A DNA stretch of 63,336 bases, the filler included, from Reclinomonas americana ATCC 50394 (Eukaryota), in NCBI GenBank assembly GCA_048213135.1. It is 3 parts of 3 records of this genome, joined end to end, with 100 filler letters (N's around TTAATTAATTAA, not from the genome) between each part and the next. Parts side by side here need not be neighbours in the genome. Positions count along the whole stretch, not along the records: positions 1 to 30,007 come from PS015143.1; 2 more parts are not named here. The stretch is one strand, 5' to 3'. Below the pieces are notes generated by a model, which was given only the letters and a program-made list of their open reading frames with translations, ran no database searches and was not told the DNA's origin. Positions 1 to 13,137 of this stretch are shown piece by piece. The position numbers were made by a program, and so were the translations under genes. Every line of letters starts with the position of its first letter. Positions within the stretch are counted from its first letter, which is position 1.

Positions 1-34
<34 letters not shown>

Positions 35-138
35 GCAAACCTTACCGGTCGAACTACACTTGTCACACCGACGTGTCCTCCCCGTCTCCTCCTCCTCTCT
101 CTCCTCTCTCTCTCTTCCTCCTCTCGTTGTCACACCTA

Positions 139-169
<31 letters not shown>

Positions 170-195
170 CCCTCTCTCTTCCCCTTCCCTCTTAC

Positions 196-306
196 CATGT
201 GCGGAAAGTCCTCCGAGGTGCGCACCAGGCGCTTCAATCGCGTCGTGAGACTCCCGTGGATCTCCAGTGCATCCAGCGAGCGCGGCTGATACTTTTCCGC
301 GTACAT
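196..306 (-). CDS. RFC3: Replication factor C small subunit (human RFC3/yeast Rfc5-like), first exon; gene runs off the window start
   Basis: Minus strand reads MYAEKYQPRSLDALEIHGSLTTRLKRLVRTSEDFPHM followed by a GTAAG donor. This matches the RFC N-terminus (EKYRP..L...H......L..L....DFPHL). Too short to appear in the ORF track. Confidence 0.8.
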
Positions 307-448
307 TTTCTCAATGGCAAACCCAGCTGCTGCAGTGTCAAGCGAAATTTCACGCGTGTGCGGGAAACAACAAACATCACGATGTGATGGACGCCGCCGA
401 CATGTGTCGCCCCATCAACGGCTGTTTGTTTTCTCATCTGCTTTCGCG

Positions 449-2659
449 ATGGCGTCCACGTTTGGCCGCTCGATGCGTGACGGCATGTCGTCGCCCGACA
501 TGCACAAGTTGCCGACGAACATTCGCCAGTCGCAAGCCACCGCCACGCATGTGCCTCCACCGCTGTTTGGCGTTTCGTCTTGTTGTTGCTCTTCAGTCTC
601 TGTCTCTCTCTCTGTGCTGACTGTTTCGCCACAGCCGACAGCCGTGCGTCGCAAGATGAAGGAGGAGGCCAAGGAGGCAGCATTGCAGGCATCGCAACCG
701 CCGCAGCGTCGTGTGAGCATCAAGCGGCCAAGCACAACAGGGTATGTGCGCGCGTTTCGTCGTCCTCTTGCCCCTTGCTCACTCGTTCTCTCGTGGTGGC
801 GTAGCTCGGGGCATGGGAGTCCGGTGCACACGGATACGCTGGATACGACGGGATCGCCACCGAGACGCATGTCGAGCAGCGCGGGGGACGGGTCGCAGCG
901 GCGAGCGTCGACGGCTCACGCGTCGCCCACGTCCGTCAAGGCCGACGTCGACGAGGATGCGTACGCGGAGAGTCGACGCCTTCTCAATCTGCAGCAGGAA
1001 GTGCTGGAGATGGACGTTGAGTGATGATGGATTCTCCGATCCGCTCCGTCATTTCTGTGTGTCANNNNNNNNNNNNNNNNNNNNTGCTGACCTCGTTGAC
1101 GCGCAGCAACAATTCACGTCGGCGAAACACTCGTTCGAGGTCAACGAGCGAACGCTGGATGCGCATGCGGTGTCGATCAAGTCGCAGCAGGACGCGTTGT
1201 ACAGGAAAATGATCGAGAACAACAAGTTTATCATGGCGCTCGAGGCCAAGACGGCGCGTGCGGAGAAGAAGACGCGTGAGGAGGCCAAGTCGAACGACCG
1301 ACTGGAGCGCGAGGTGAAGCAGAAGGAGCGGCAGTTGGAGCGCATTCAGGAGAAGCGCGAGAAGATGTTGTCGACGATCCGCCTCTTCGAAAAGTACAAG
1401 CACTTTATGTTTGCGTATCTGGAGCACGTGCAGGACCAGTCGGGTGGCGACTCGGCCGGTGGTGGCAGTTGCGTCATTCAACCCAGCTGTTGTTGTTGTT
1501 GCTATTCCTCATCCTCTGAGTGTCGCAGCCGATGGCGCGGTGAGCGCCACCCCGGAGGCCATTATCGCGCGCTACCACATGCTGATGAAGCAGTTTTCGG
1601 ATCTGCACGAGCGGCGTGCGGTGCTGGAGACGCGCTTGGAGGCCGCCCGGCGTCTCCTGCAGGAGGAGTCGGTGTCGCTGGTGGTGCGACAGGCGAAGAA
1701 ATCGCACGAGTGCAGCGAGTTGCAGCTGGAGCTGGAGCAGGTGGAGTCGCGGCAGGAGCTGGAGTCGCGTGGTGCACGGCGACGACGTCTGCGTGATCAT
1801 TCGAACGCGGGGAACATTTATCGACTGCGCGGCGCCATCAACAACCTCTACGCTCTGTGCCTCACGCAGTCGGTGCAAATGCAGCGGCAGGCGCAGCGTG
1901 CACCACCACGCACGCTGGCCGATCGTGTGCAGATGATGGGCCGTTTCTTCATCGACCTGCAGGATATCGTGGAGGAGTACAAGCACCAGATGACACTCCC
2001 CGTGGATCCACCGGCCTCGGGTGGCCCGGTGCGTGACGAGATGCTGCGTCATTGCCAGCCGCTGGGTGATATTCGCGAAATGGACCTGCGAGTGATGGAG
2101 GAGAAGGCCAAGCAGGAGGAACAGCATCAGCAGAGACGACGAGCGCTGGCGGCGGCGCGCAAGGGTGGTGCCAGTGCAGCGGCTGCGGCAGCAGCAGCAG
2201 CAGCCGCAGCCGCTGCAGGTGGTTCGAGTCACTCGCCGTCACCGGTGGCCGGCTCCAGTGCAAGCGGTGGCGTGCAGTTCTCGAGTTCGGCACAGGCCGC
2301 CATCCGGGCGCATCTGAGCACGGGGCCCCTGTCGCACATGGTGCAGGCGGCGCGCAACTCATCAAACCACTCCTCGGCGCCCTCGTCACGCCCGCACTCC
2401 AATGCCGGCGGCGATCATTTGGATGTGACGGCCGTAGAATACGGGTTGGCGCGTGGCAAGGCCGAAATCAGGGCCAACTACGATCCGCCGACCTTTGTGC
2501 TGGTCAGTAGCGCCAGTGCAAGCCGGGTACGTCTTTGCTCTTGCGTCCTTGTTTGTGGAGTGCTTGCCACTGACCAAACTGTATGTGCAGTCGCCATCGC
2601 CCGATCCCGAACCGGCCAACTTGCGCGGCCGCGCTCGACCAGGCACCGTCAAAGTGTAG
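449..2659 (+). CDS. Cilia/flagella-associated coiled-coil protein, CFAP73/CCDC42 (DUF4200) family, multi-exon
   Basis: NNKFIMALEAKTARAEKKTREE...FEKYKHF, IIARYHML..DL, RGAINNLYALC and FFIDLQDI follow the CCDC42/CFAP73 pattern. Ala/Ser-rich tail. Start and end are approximate. Confidence 0.7.
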
Positions 2660-3046
2660 TAACAGGGGGCCAGCGACAGCGATGTACCAAAGAAAAATGT
2701 AACAACCCACAGAGCTAAGAGGAACCTCGATTCTCTTTCACACCAACGTGGAATCTTTTCCGCTGTGCATCGCATCGTGTGTTCGGATCCCTTCATTTCT
2801 TCTCCTTCGTTTTTGCACGCGCACACCGACAGGCGACAGGGTGAGAGGTGAGCAATCCACATACCTTCCTCACTCACAAGACACCGACGCACGCGTGTCC
2901 CGGCTGCTTCCCATCGATTGTCGTTCTGTCGCGAGAAGAGAGAGAGAGAGAGAGAGTGCGAGAGAGATACCCGCATCGCCCTCATCCTCTGCTTCTGCTC
3001 AGCTCTCACCCTTCCCCCCCTTCTTTATCTCCACCCAGTCATCATC

Positions 3047-4797
3047 ATGTGGTCCACAAGAGTATCCAGTGCATCGTCACTGCTGCGTCGATCGACTGTC
3101 GCCGCCCGCATGTCATCGCTGTCGCAACCGGGACCGCGTGTGGCCAACGACGTGGTTGTGTTGGACTACGAGGACCTGCGTAGTGGCAAGGACCTCACAC
3201 AGGAGGTGTTTCGCGCGTACGGAAGCGATGGACTCGGCGCGCTGGTGATTGGCAACATTCCCGGGTACGTGTGCCAGGGGGCGGTGAGCTCGAGTGAGAG
3301 ATCTCATGTGGCGTGTGGGTGGCGTTGCAGGTTTGCGGAGCAGCGTCGCAAGTTGATTCCCATGAGCCACCAAGTGGCGCACTTGCCGGATCATGCAAAG
3401 CGGCAGCTGGAGCACGAGGAGTCCATGTGGAACGTCGGCTGGAGTCACGGCAAGGAGAAGGTATTCGTGTGATATGAGAGAAGAGAGGAGGCGGGGGCGT
3501 CTGCGAGTGGCTGATCTGTTGCGCAGTTTGGTGACGAGCCCGATTTCGCCAAGGGCTCGTACTACGGCAATCCGCTGTACGACAACGCTGGCACTCCCGA
3601 GATGCGTCTCAAGTACCCCTTCTTCTACCCGTCCAACATCTGGCCCTCGAAGGATTTGCCGCAGCTGGAGCCGGCCTTCAAGGTGCGCAGTCGATATTTT
3701 CTGCGTGTTTTTCTCCCAAGATCACTCACTGGTGATTCACCAGCAACTCGGACGCACCATGTTCGAGACGGTGACGTTGCTGTGCAAGCAAGTGGATGCA
3801 CTCACCTCGCAGCGGGTGCCGACGTACCAGAAGGGTTTGTTGTACTCGCAGATTTCCAAGACGCAAAAGGTGCAGTGCGCGCCCGACAGATGTCGCAATC
3901 GTTCTACCACTCACCTGCGCCTCAGGTCAAGGGTCGCCTGCTCTACTACTATCCCACCGACAAGACCAACACCGAGGATGCATGGATCGGCTGGCACAAT
4001 GATTCCGGCTTCCTCACGGCACTCTGCGGCGACATGTACTTCAACGACACCACCGGCGAGGTCAGTGACTGGCACCGCGCATTTCCTTCTGTTTTGATTC
4101 TGCGCTGACAAGACGGCGAGAATGCAGCGCATTGAGAACCCGGATCCATTTGGCGGTTTGTGGATCACCAAGCGCACCGGCGGTGCCGTCAAGGTCAACA
4201 TTCCTGAGGATCACCTGGCCGTGCAATGCGGAGAGTGCCTGCAGATTGTGACTGGCGGCCTGCTGGTGGCCACCCCGCACGCCGTGCGTGCGAGTCGCGC
4301 CCCACCCGGCCTGCGCGTCGGTCGTGGCACGGTGTGTGAGGCGTTGGAGAGTCTTTCATGATGATTGTTGACGCTCACCTGCGTGTTTTTCCGTGCCAGT
4401 TCCCGGTGTTCATTGACACGGAGATTGACTTTAGGCTGTCGGCTCCATCGGGCGTGTCGCGTGAGCAGGTGTGTCTGGCACCATTCTTGTGCTGTGTGCG
4501 GTTTCTTCTGTTCCTCATCGCATCCGCTCCTTGCCCAGGTCTTTGATCGCACAATTCAGTCTCGTGTGCCGCCACTGGAATCGCGGTGGACGAAGGATGG
4601 TGTCATCTTTGCCGAGTTGCGTCGGCAATGTCTCCAGTAATCATCCTCCTGTTGCTTACACCATTTTGCTTTCATTGCTCAGCTTCCTTGGCGACACATT
4701 CCGCCAGTGCGTCAGTGTTGTTGTGCGATGAGATGACTATGAGGTGTGCTGACTGTTCGTGTGGCGCAGGTACTACGAGTGGGCCAAGCGCTCGTGA
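3047..4797 (+). CDS. 2-oxoglutarate/Fe(II)-dependent dioxygenase (IPNS/clavaminate-synthase-like), about 10 exons, possible mitochondrial presequence
   Basis: VGWSHGKEK, KGSYYGNP, NIWP, RLLYY, the HxD motif WHNDSGFLTAL, QCGECLQIVTGG and ATPHAVR. Arg/Ser-rich N-terminus. All introns GT-AG. Confidence 0.9.
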
Positions 4798-4954
4798 ACG
4801 ACATAATAATCGACGCAAGCCGTGTGATGGCCCCCGCGCAACCCACCCGCCCCTCTCGCCCCTCAATTCAGCAAGCGAGAGAGAACTCATGCACAACCCG
4901 ATAAGTTTATATGAAGAAACACAAACAATAACAGCAAACATCGCACACGACGCG

Positions 4955-7157
4955 TTACATGCCCTGCGTGGACCAGATCTTGCGCAGCTTGCGCTCCTTA
5001 ATCTTGACATTGTTTCGTCGGCCAGCCTGATGGCGTATTCTCTTTTGCGTGTCGCGGCTGAGAGCAGCACGAACCCGGTGCTTCACAGTCTCCGAATCCA
5101 CCGCACTGGCACCGACTCCCTCCTCGTCATCACTCTCCTCCTCGTCACCAGCACTGTCACTGCCCTCTTCTCCATCCTTGTCAACCACAACCGTGGTGGA
5201 CGACGAGCCTGCATCTGCGGCGTGCGAGCATGAGTGAACACTGGGAGTGGGACGACACTGCCAAGAAGCACTCCACACAAACCTGCGCTGACAGCCACCG
5301 TTGCCTTCTCTTCCTCCACCGTATCCTCCTCTTCCTCCTCCTCGGATGAACTCTCCTCCTCAGTGCCGGACGCAGAATCGCTGACCTCCTCGCCGTCGTC
5401 ACCACCGCGTGATGCCAGCAACTTCTGCAGCCGCTTCTCGTCCTTGGTAGTGAAGCCCGACGCAGCCACCTCCTCGTCCAGGGTGTGCGACGACACAATG
5501 TCTTCGAGGCGTGGCCAGTAATCCAAATGCACGTTGAACCGCCGTGCAAAGAACGTGTGCAAACACTGCACATCACGCTCGAAATACCTGAACGAGTGCT
5601 GTAAGCGCAACAGCAGTGAAAGAGTCCTGAACAGGAAAAAGGCAACGCAACTCGGCCGCATTAAAGTGATGAGTGGAGACCATTTGCGGGAAGTCAATCA
5701 CCACAATCCGTCGCTTGATGTCGGCCGGCAAGTGCTGCGCGCGGCGATTGTGATGGAATTTGGCGGCCTCGGCGAGAGGGTTCTCCGAATCCGCGTCTGC
5801 CTCCCCTTCGTCGCTTCCACTTTCACTGGAATCCTCTGCCCCTGCCGCTGCGGCTGCTCCTGCTGCTGCCGTGGCGATAACATGCGCATCACCAGCCTCG
5901 TCTCCCTCCTCGCTACTGTCATCATCATCATCATCATCATCATCGTCATCGTCGTCCTCTTCCGCATCAACTGTGCCCGCTGGTCTCCTCGACACCTCCT
6001 CCGCGCCCACGACCCCGTCATCATCACCATCGCCCTCCTCTTCATCCTCTTCGTCGCCGGCCTTGTACTCGAGCATCAGGTTGAACTCGTTGAAATCGCA
6101 GTGAATGAGACCGTGCTCCGCCAGATGCACGATGCTGTCCAGCGACTCGCGGAACAACTCCAACGCAATGGAGGGCTTGACTGCCTTCATGTTGGCCCTG
6201 GGGAAAAAGAAGGGACGCTGTCAACACGAGGGAGCGCGACAACATTCTCTCGTTCAAGAGAAACAACGCAACAGAGTGGTGCCAGGCACCAGATCCATGA
6301 CCAGGCAGTGGCGATTGTAATCCACCGGTTCGGGCACCGGGAAGCCCTCCTTGTGCAGCGCAGCCATGAACGCGTGCTCCTTCTGCGCCGACAGACGCGA
6401 CATGTAGAGCCACGAGGCACTCTTGCGTTTCCCGAGATAATCACGCTTCTTCTTCACGGCGCGGAACGAGGTGCGACCGAGTCGGTGCAGCTTGAGCACA
6501 CGATCGTTGCCTTCCGCATCCACCACACGGTACACGTCTGCAAAGCATGTGAGCACACGCACACACACACACTCAAAGGTGAAGGAGGATCACACACCAG
6601 CCTCCTTGCCGACGCCAATCTGACTGCCGACAGCTGCCACGGTGCCGCGCTCCATGAACACGCGCAGCGCCAGGAAGTCGTATCCCAAGTACGTCAGGCA
6701 GTACCCATCGTCTGCACACACACACGAGTCAGCGTTGCCACAGACAGTGAGAGAGCGAGATTCTCACAGGCACGCAACAGTGCTTGCCATCGTGATGAAT
6801 CAACTTGTGCTTCAGCAGATTGGTGATTGTGTGGAACGTGCCGCCACGCTTCAGTCGCGCAATCTGCTCAATCTGCGACGGGGTGCGCGTGTGTGGTGTG
6901 TGAGAGGAAGGCGGTGATGTGAATGTGCACATGGCCAAAAGCAGGCCCACCACCACAACCACACACGCGCGCGCTTACCAGTTGCACAGGCACAAGCTCG
7001 TGGTTCTTCATGCCCACCTCCACCGCCGTGAGGACACGGAAATCCTCCTTCTGTGGAACATACAAACAGACAGTTATATATGAGCAAGGCCACCAGCGCA
7101 GGCACGTAGACGGAGACGCACCGACAAGTAGCGCAGTTGCGTCGCGTCGAGCTTCAT
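4955..7157 (-). CDS. RIO2: Serine/threonine kinase RIO2 (40S maturation), multi-exon
   Basis: [102 protein letters not shown]. Confidence 0.97.
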
Positions 7158-7240
7158 GTTGTGAGTGAGTGAGCGAGTGTGTGGACAGTCGTGTGTCGCG
7201 AGCAATATCCATCACACGCGATCGACGAGAGAAGACGACG

Positions 7241-10050
7241 AGTTGCGTTCTTCCAAGTGTGTACCTCTCTGATCACATACGGCTAACATGTACACACAGT
7301 GGCACATCGTCTGCCAGAGGACGTGCATGAGGCACGTCGGCAAGCGATTGCCGCAGCTGCCTCGTCCCCGACTTCTTCTTCTTCAGCAACTTCGCCAGTG
7401 TCGTCACCACTGGCCAGTCACGACAGAAGGCGACTGCGTGACAATGAAGTTCGCGTGGAGCCGAGTGGGAAGAACGAGGTGTCGTTGGACAATGACGGTG
7501 ATCGTGATGGTGATGATGATGAAGGATGTGATGAGGCTGTGCGTGGGAAGACGCACTGGGCGGCTGTGTGGGCGTTTCTGATTGGTGTGCTCATGACGCA
7601 AGTTGCGTGGCGTGGCGCGGCGATCGTCTGTGGTGATGAAACGTGAAAGTGATTGCGCATTGGCGTTAGATCTGGAACAATGCGAATCAAGTCGTGCAGC
7701 CGCTGATCGTGTTAAAGGATACTGATGATGTGCGTGGCCTTTGTTTCTGTCGTTCCTGAGTTGCGGTCGTCGTGTTCATCCATCGTCGTGTTGGGCAGCC
7801 GTCGATTGTGGCATTCATGTTGGTGAGTTGTCTCTCCAGTCAAGATTGTGGTGAGTGTGCGATGATGTGAACGAGTGCTTGCGCTTGCAGATGGCGTACG
7901 GTGTCTGCAACGCGTTCGGGAGCATGTTTGGCGGCTTTGTATATCCCTTTTTCTCGCCTCGCGTGCTTCTCGTGCTCTTCTGTCTCGCCCGGTGAGTGCT
8001 CGCATCGACGAGGAGGAGAGTGCAACGATTGAAAACACACGTGCTCAACCCATGCACATGCACAGATCGTCGTGTCAGGTCACTGTCGCCATCTGTTGCG
8101 TCACGTGCTTCGTGGTATCCTTGTCTCTCTCTTCCCGTGCTGATTCCCCTTATTTTCGCCTCTCGCTCAGTGTACTTGCTGCACAAGGGACCGCCGTGGG
8201 TCGCGCTCACCGTGTACGCCGTCGACTCGTTCCTCATCGGTTCGTACCGCTGTAGAGGCGACGGTAGCAGTGTGTGACAAGCCACTCATTTCGAAGAACA
8301 GGTTGTTTGGACACGGTGCGCACCTCGTTTCCACGATCGGCGTACGGCTCCGACAAGAAGGCGTTAAACAAGTTGAATGCGGACTATCAACTGGCCTTTG
8401 ACTTGGGAACCACCATTGGTGCTGCATTACTTCCTTTTACACGACACGATTGTGTGCTGTACTGACTCCAATATGCAGGCCCGCTGGCGTGCGGTCTCGT
8501 GATGACGTACACCACCGACTTGTATGTGGCCAGTTTTCTGCCGCCCGCCGGCTTTGTCGTCAGTGCACTGCTCTTTTGGTCAGTCGCTGTCCCCTGATCG
8601 CGCTTATTGGCTGCAATCTTACCCACAACAATGTGCCTGCCACGCAGCTTTGTGCCACCGATTCAGAGCGACGCCGCAGTGGCACGGAAGAAGAGCAAGA
8701 AGACACTGACCACGGGCGATATTATTCGCAAGCAGTCGCCATGGTCGTCCTGTCGCTACCTGTGTGGCAATCTGAAGATGACTGTGGCGTTTGTCGCTTT
8801 CCTCATGCTGCAAGGTGCGGTGATGGTGGGAGCCTCGGGCTCGGTGCTTACTGCTGATCGCTCCACGTGCAGTGTATCGGCTGAAGAGTGTGTACTCGGC
8901 GCTCTTTGCGACTCAAGTGCTGCACGACAAGACGTACACAGCGTGGATGGTACTTGGTCGCTGCGATGGCTCTGTGTACACTCTTTTCCATTTGTGCGTG
9001 GTTGTTCACTGCTTTGTGTGTGCCCAGATGTGTGCGTTTGGTGTTGGCGGCACACTCGGCTCGCTCATCTATCGATTGTGCGAGAAGTGCGGCAAGATCT
9101 CGTCTGTGCGATTCATGCTGCTGGGCGCCACCAGTCTCGCCGTGTTCTCGTTGATCTGGATTCCGGAGCTGTACTTTGGCAAGTGGCCACTGATGGCGCG
9201 CTTCGTCATCACGGAGGCCGCCATTGTGTTCATGCTGATCGGCAGCGTCGGCGCGCGTTTGGCTGTCAATGTTATTTTGCAGCACGAGATCAAACGTTGC
9301 GTGCACGTTGGAGATGAGGATACCATAATGACTGCGGGGCTGACGCTACAAATGCACGATACACAGGATCGCGAAACGGCGGAGTTATGGCATTGGTTGG
9401 TGCAGTATTGCCGGTCTCCCGATCAAGTGTCGTCGTCACTCGCTCACTCACTCACTCACTCACATGCACATGCAACCGTAGCGTGGCTTCTTTGTCAAGG
9501 TGGTGGCGTCGGCGATGCGCGGTGTACTCGGTGTCGCCTTCAAATCGACGCACAACAACGGCATCCTGTCGTTCATCGTCTTCTCCTTCATGACCATGGC
9601 CTTTGCGCTCACTCAGGTGCGTGCGGCACACCCGCCGCCACCGCTCCTCCTGTCGCATCATGTACTGATTCGTCGCATCATTCGCAGTTCGTATTCTCGT
9701 GCATCCTCCGATGCGTCCACGCCGACGACGACGACACCAAGGAAGAAGAACAGCTCCTGCTGCCGTCGTCGCCCTCCTCGGGCGAGAGCGTGACAGTGGG
9801 TCGGCGAACGCCCACTGGCGAGGTCCAGAAGATCTTTGCCTGGAAAGACGAGCCAGACGACGACGACGGAGATGACGCCAAGGTGTGTTGCTCGGAACCG
9901 CTTTCCTATTCCATGCGTGCATATTAGGTGCTTGGCGGCCAGTTTCGGTACTCACTGTGTAGTTGTCCGCGGGAATTGCATGTCTGCAGTCTCCGAACGG
10001 GGGGAAGCGCGCCGCCAGTGGCCACCGTCCACCATCGGTCCCCGCACTAG
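7241..10050 (+). CDS. MFS-type multi-pass transporter, paralog A
   Basis: About 12 hydrophobic segments over many short exons. LDTVRTSFP...KKALNKLNADYQLAFDLGTTIGP is shared with paralog B. The start codon appears split A|intron|TG. The 3' end is approximate. Confidence 0.75.
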
Positions 10051-10155
10051 AACGATTATATGCACAAAAAGTACAGACCGACTCTTGATAGGTTGATCGA
10101 AAAAAAAATCCGTTTTCAATATGTCGGTCGCTTTGTGTTGTTGGATGGGTTGAGA

Positions 10156-11671
10156 ATGGGATGTGCGGCTTCCACGCGGAACACGGTGGCGACCGCGGCC
10201 GTGCCACCCACCAACAAGCACGTGACACGCATCACAGCTGCCTCCTCACGCACCACCACCATCACCTCCTCCACCTCCTCGTCGGCCTCCACCATTAGAA
10301 CAGGGCACACGGGAGCCTCGTCGCCCTCCGCCTCGGCCTCAGCACGCACCGCAACGGCCTTCTCCACAGCAGCAGCAGCACTCAACGGTGCACCACACTC
10401 ACACCAACAACAACAACAGCAACAACAACAACAACACAACGGCGACACTCATCAACCGCTCAATCATCGTGCCTCTGCCTATCAGCAGCCTCGTCGCGGT
10501 GACTACTCTCACACTGCTGTGCACTCGAGAAAGAGACAACAAGAGCAACGTCTGACACATACACACGCGCGCGCACACAGATGAAGAGGACGAGGGTGAT
10601 GAGTTTATGCCTCAGACGACGCTGGCCAACACTGTGGCGTCGCTGATTGTGGGCGACAGTGCGGTGCCGACGACGGTGGCCACGGTGGCGATTGAGGCGC
10701 CACTGACAACGAATCGCACAGTGTTGCAGCAGCCGGCGACGGGCGAGATGAGGGAGAGACCGGCGGATCCCACAGAGGCGCACGCGTGGTTGAACAGGCA
10801 CGTTGTGTGTGTGTAGAGAGGGAAGGGGTGAGGGAGGTGCAAGCTGACTGTGTGTGCTTGTGTGTGTGTTTGTGTGTGAGCAGCACCAAGAATCCAATGG
10901 CGCTTCGATTGGGTTGCGTTGCTTTGTGGTCTCTCTCTCCTCGCGTTGTCCTTGCCGCTCATGCGCTCCCCCCCTTTGCTGTGCAGCGCAATGGACACGC
11001 ACAGCGTACTTTAGCAACGACGCGCTCTCGTTTGAGTATCCAGCAGATGTTGCGCGCGGCGATTTGTGGTGTTATTCTTCTTCTTCTCCTCCATTGGTGT
11101 TGACGCACTTTTTTGCAGTGGGAGTGTGGGATGGACGCGGGTGGAGACACGGTGCTGGTGCAGGTGGCGTTTGGACCGAGTTTGCGCGTGAGCCCCGACA
11201 TATTCCCTGCGGAGAAGGCGCTCAGCACCGACGAGTATGCCGACGTTCGTGTGTTTTTCCCATTCCGGCGTGCCCCCTCCAAATGCGTCTGACGACTTTC
11301 TCTCCCCCAATAACAGCTGGTGAACTCGCAAGTGCATTCGGCGATACCACACGAGACCGTGCTCTCCGATGAACTCGTGGAGATTGGCGATGAGGTGTGG
11401 AGGAAAGTTATCAGACAATACTGGCAACGAAACTCGGTGGACGGCACGACGGTGCGTGGCGGGCGTGCTCTCTCCTCTCCATTGCACTCCTCTGCTCACC
11501 ACCAGCACGCAGATCCCACTCGAAGTGCGTCAATGCACATATTTCCGCACCGAGATCATCGACGACTACTGTGTGGCGTACGCCCACACGTATACATGCG
11601 GGCCGCAGCTCTGGGAGCTGTACTCGCCAATCTTTGAAAAGATCCTCAGAAGCGTAGTGTACAGAAAGTAA
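10156..11671 (+). CDS. N-acylated (MGCAAS) protein with a PsbP/Mog1-like domain, paralog A
   Basis: Spliced: MGCAAS...HAWLNSTKNPMALRL..YFSNDALSFEYPADW..STDEYADLVNSQV..TYTCGPQLWELYSPIFEKILRSVVYR. The FxYPxxW and terminal 'PIFEKIL.S' motifs resemble PsbP/Mog1/DcrB-fold proteins. Confidence 0.6.
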
Positions 11672-11702
11672 TCTCTCTTGTTGTTAACAATGCTATCTAC
11701 AT

Positions 11703-12776
11703 TCATGTGACTCCGTAGGCGGCAGAGCGCGGCACGGGCACGGATACTCCCGCTCCCACACCAACTCCTGCTGCCGCCGCCGCTGCTTCCTCTTGCTCCT
11801 TTTCCTGCTGTCGCTGCTGTAATCTGTGCAAGCGCATCGCCGTATACATGGACAGGGCGCCGGCCATGAACATGGAGAACTGGTCGGCGGCGACGCTACC
11901 CGTACGGCTCGGATCGAGCACCGCCAGCCACTGCGGCAGCAGCTCGTCGAATGGCTGCGGCGCTGCAATGTCTGCTCCTCCCCGCATAAGTTCCCAGAAA
12001 CTAGAGTCGATGGGGGGGAAAGACACGCACCCTTGGCAACCAGCTCCAGCAGCGGACGCATCTCCTCCACCGTCGCCACCAGATCGCGGTCCGTGTCGAC
12101 GAGCGACAGCGTGCGACGAACAAACTCCATAAACTGTGCGCCGCCGACGAACTCCTCCAGCTCTTGTGCGGAGGCTAGCCGCGGCCACTTGACTGTACGA
12201 GTGTGTGAGAGGCAAGAAAAATGTACCTCTTAAAAACAGCCGCCGCAAGACTGACCTCGAAACCGCCGCGGTTTCCCGTCGCCACTGCTGACCTCTGACG
12301 CCAGGCTGTCGAACGTGCTCACCATGTACTCTGTGCTGCTATGCTGCACCGCCGACAGACGACTCCCAGCGCCACTGCTCGCCCGCACCATCTCCGACGC
12401 CACTCGCTGACTCCCCGTCATTGCCGGCGGCGGTGCCAGTGCATGAGACACACCAGCACCGCCACTCGCCGTCCCCGACCGCCGCGGCTGCACCGCACGC
12501 GACTGCGGCTCCTTTAGCCACGTCGTCGACGAGGCCAGACCGGATACTTGGCCGCCCTCCTCAATGTCCGGCCGGCGGCGACCCACTGCGCTAGACAATG
12601 TGCCGTTTCCCGATGTGCGCAGTGGCGACACTGCCACACGTCGCGCAGAGCCGAGTCGCGAGGTTTGCTGCCGTGCGCAACAACTCCTGCACACACATTG
12701 AGCGACAAGACAGACACACACAGAGGGGGAGGCATGGACGCCCACACACACGCACACGCACACACACGAACCCCAT
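11703..12776 (-). CDS. N-acylated (MGSCC) protein with two degenerate EF-hands
   Basis: ATGGG|gttcgt...cag|GAGTTGTTGC gives MGSCCAR. Later VDTDRDLVATVEEM and LDPSRTGSVAADQF are EF-hand-like loops. Confidence 0.55.
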
Positions 12777-13137
12777 CGTGTGTGTGTGTGTGTGCACACG
12801 CGCCCACGCGGAACGGCCGTGAACTGTCGCTTCTCTTGTCTCTGGCTTTTGACGCGGTGTATCGGACAAAACGCCCGCGCGCGCCTCCGTCTCGCAAAAG
12901 TTGTATTGTGTGTACGTATACGTGCGAGCACGCAGCAAAGAAGGCAGACAATACACTCTCCAACAACGCCGTTCATGCTCCTTGTGCCGTCTCCAATGGC
13001 AGAAGCCGGCTGCTGATTGCGGACGCTCGGCGCATTACGTAGTATTATTGCCCGTTTTGCGCCACTGCGAGCGCCCCTCTTCGCCCCGACGTCGATCGTG
13101 TACCGGCGCCGGCTTTTTTTGCAAGTGTCCTTGCGTC

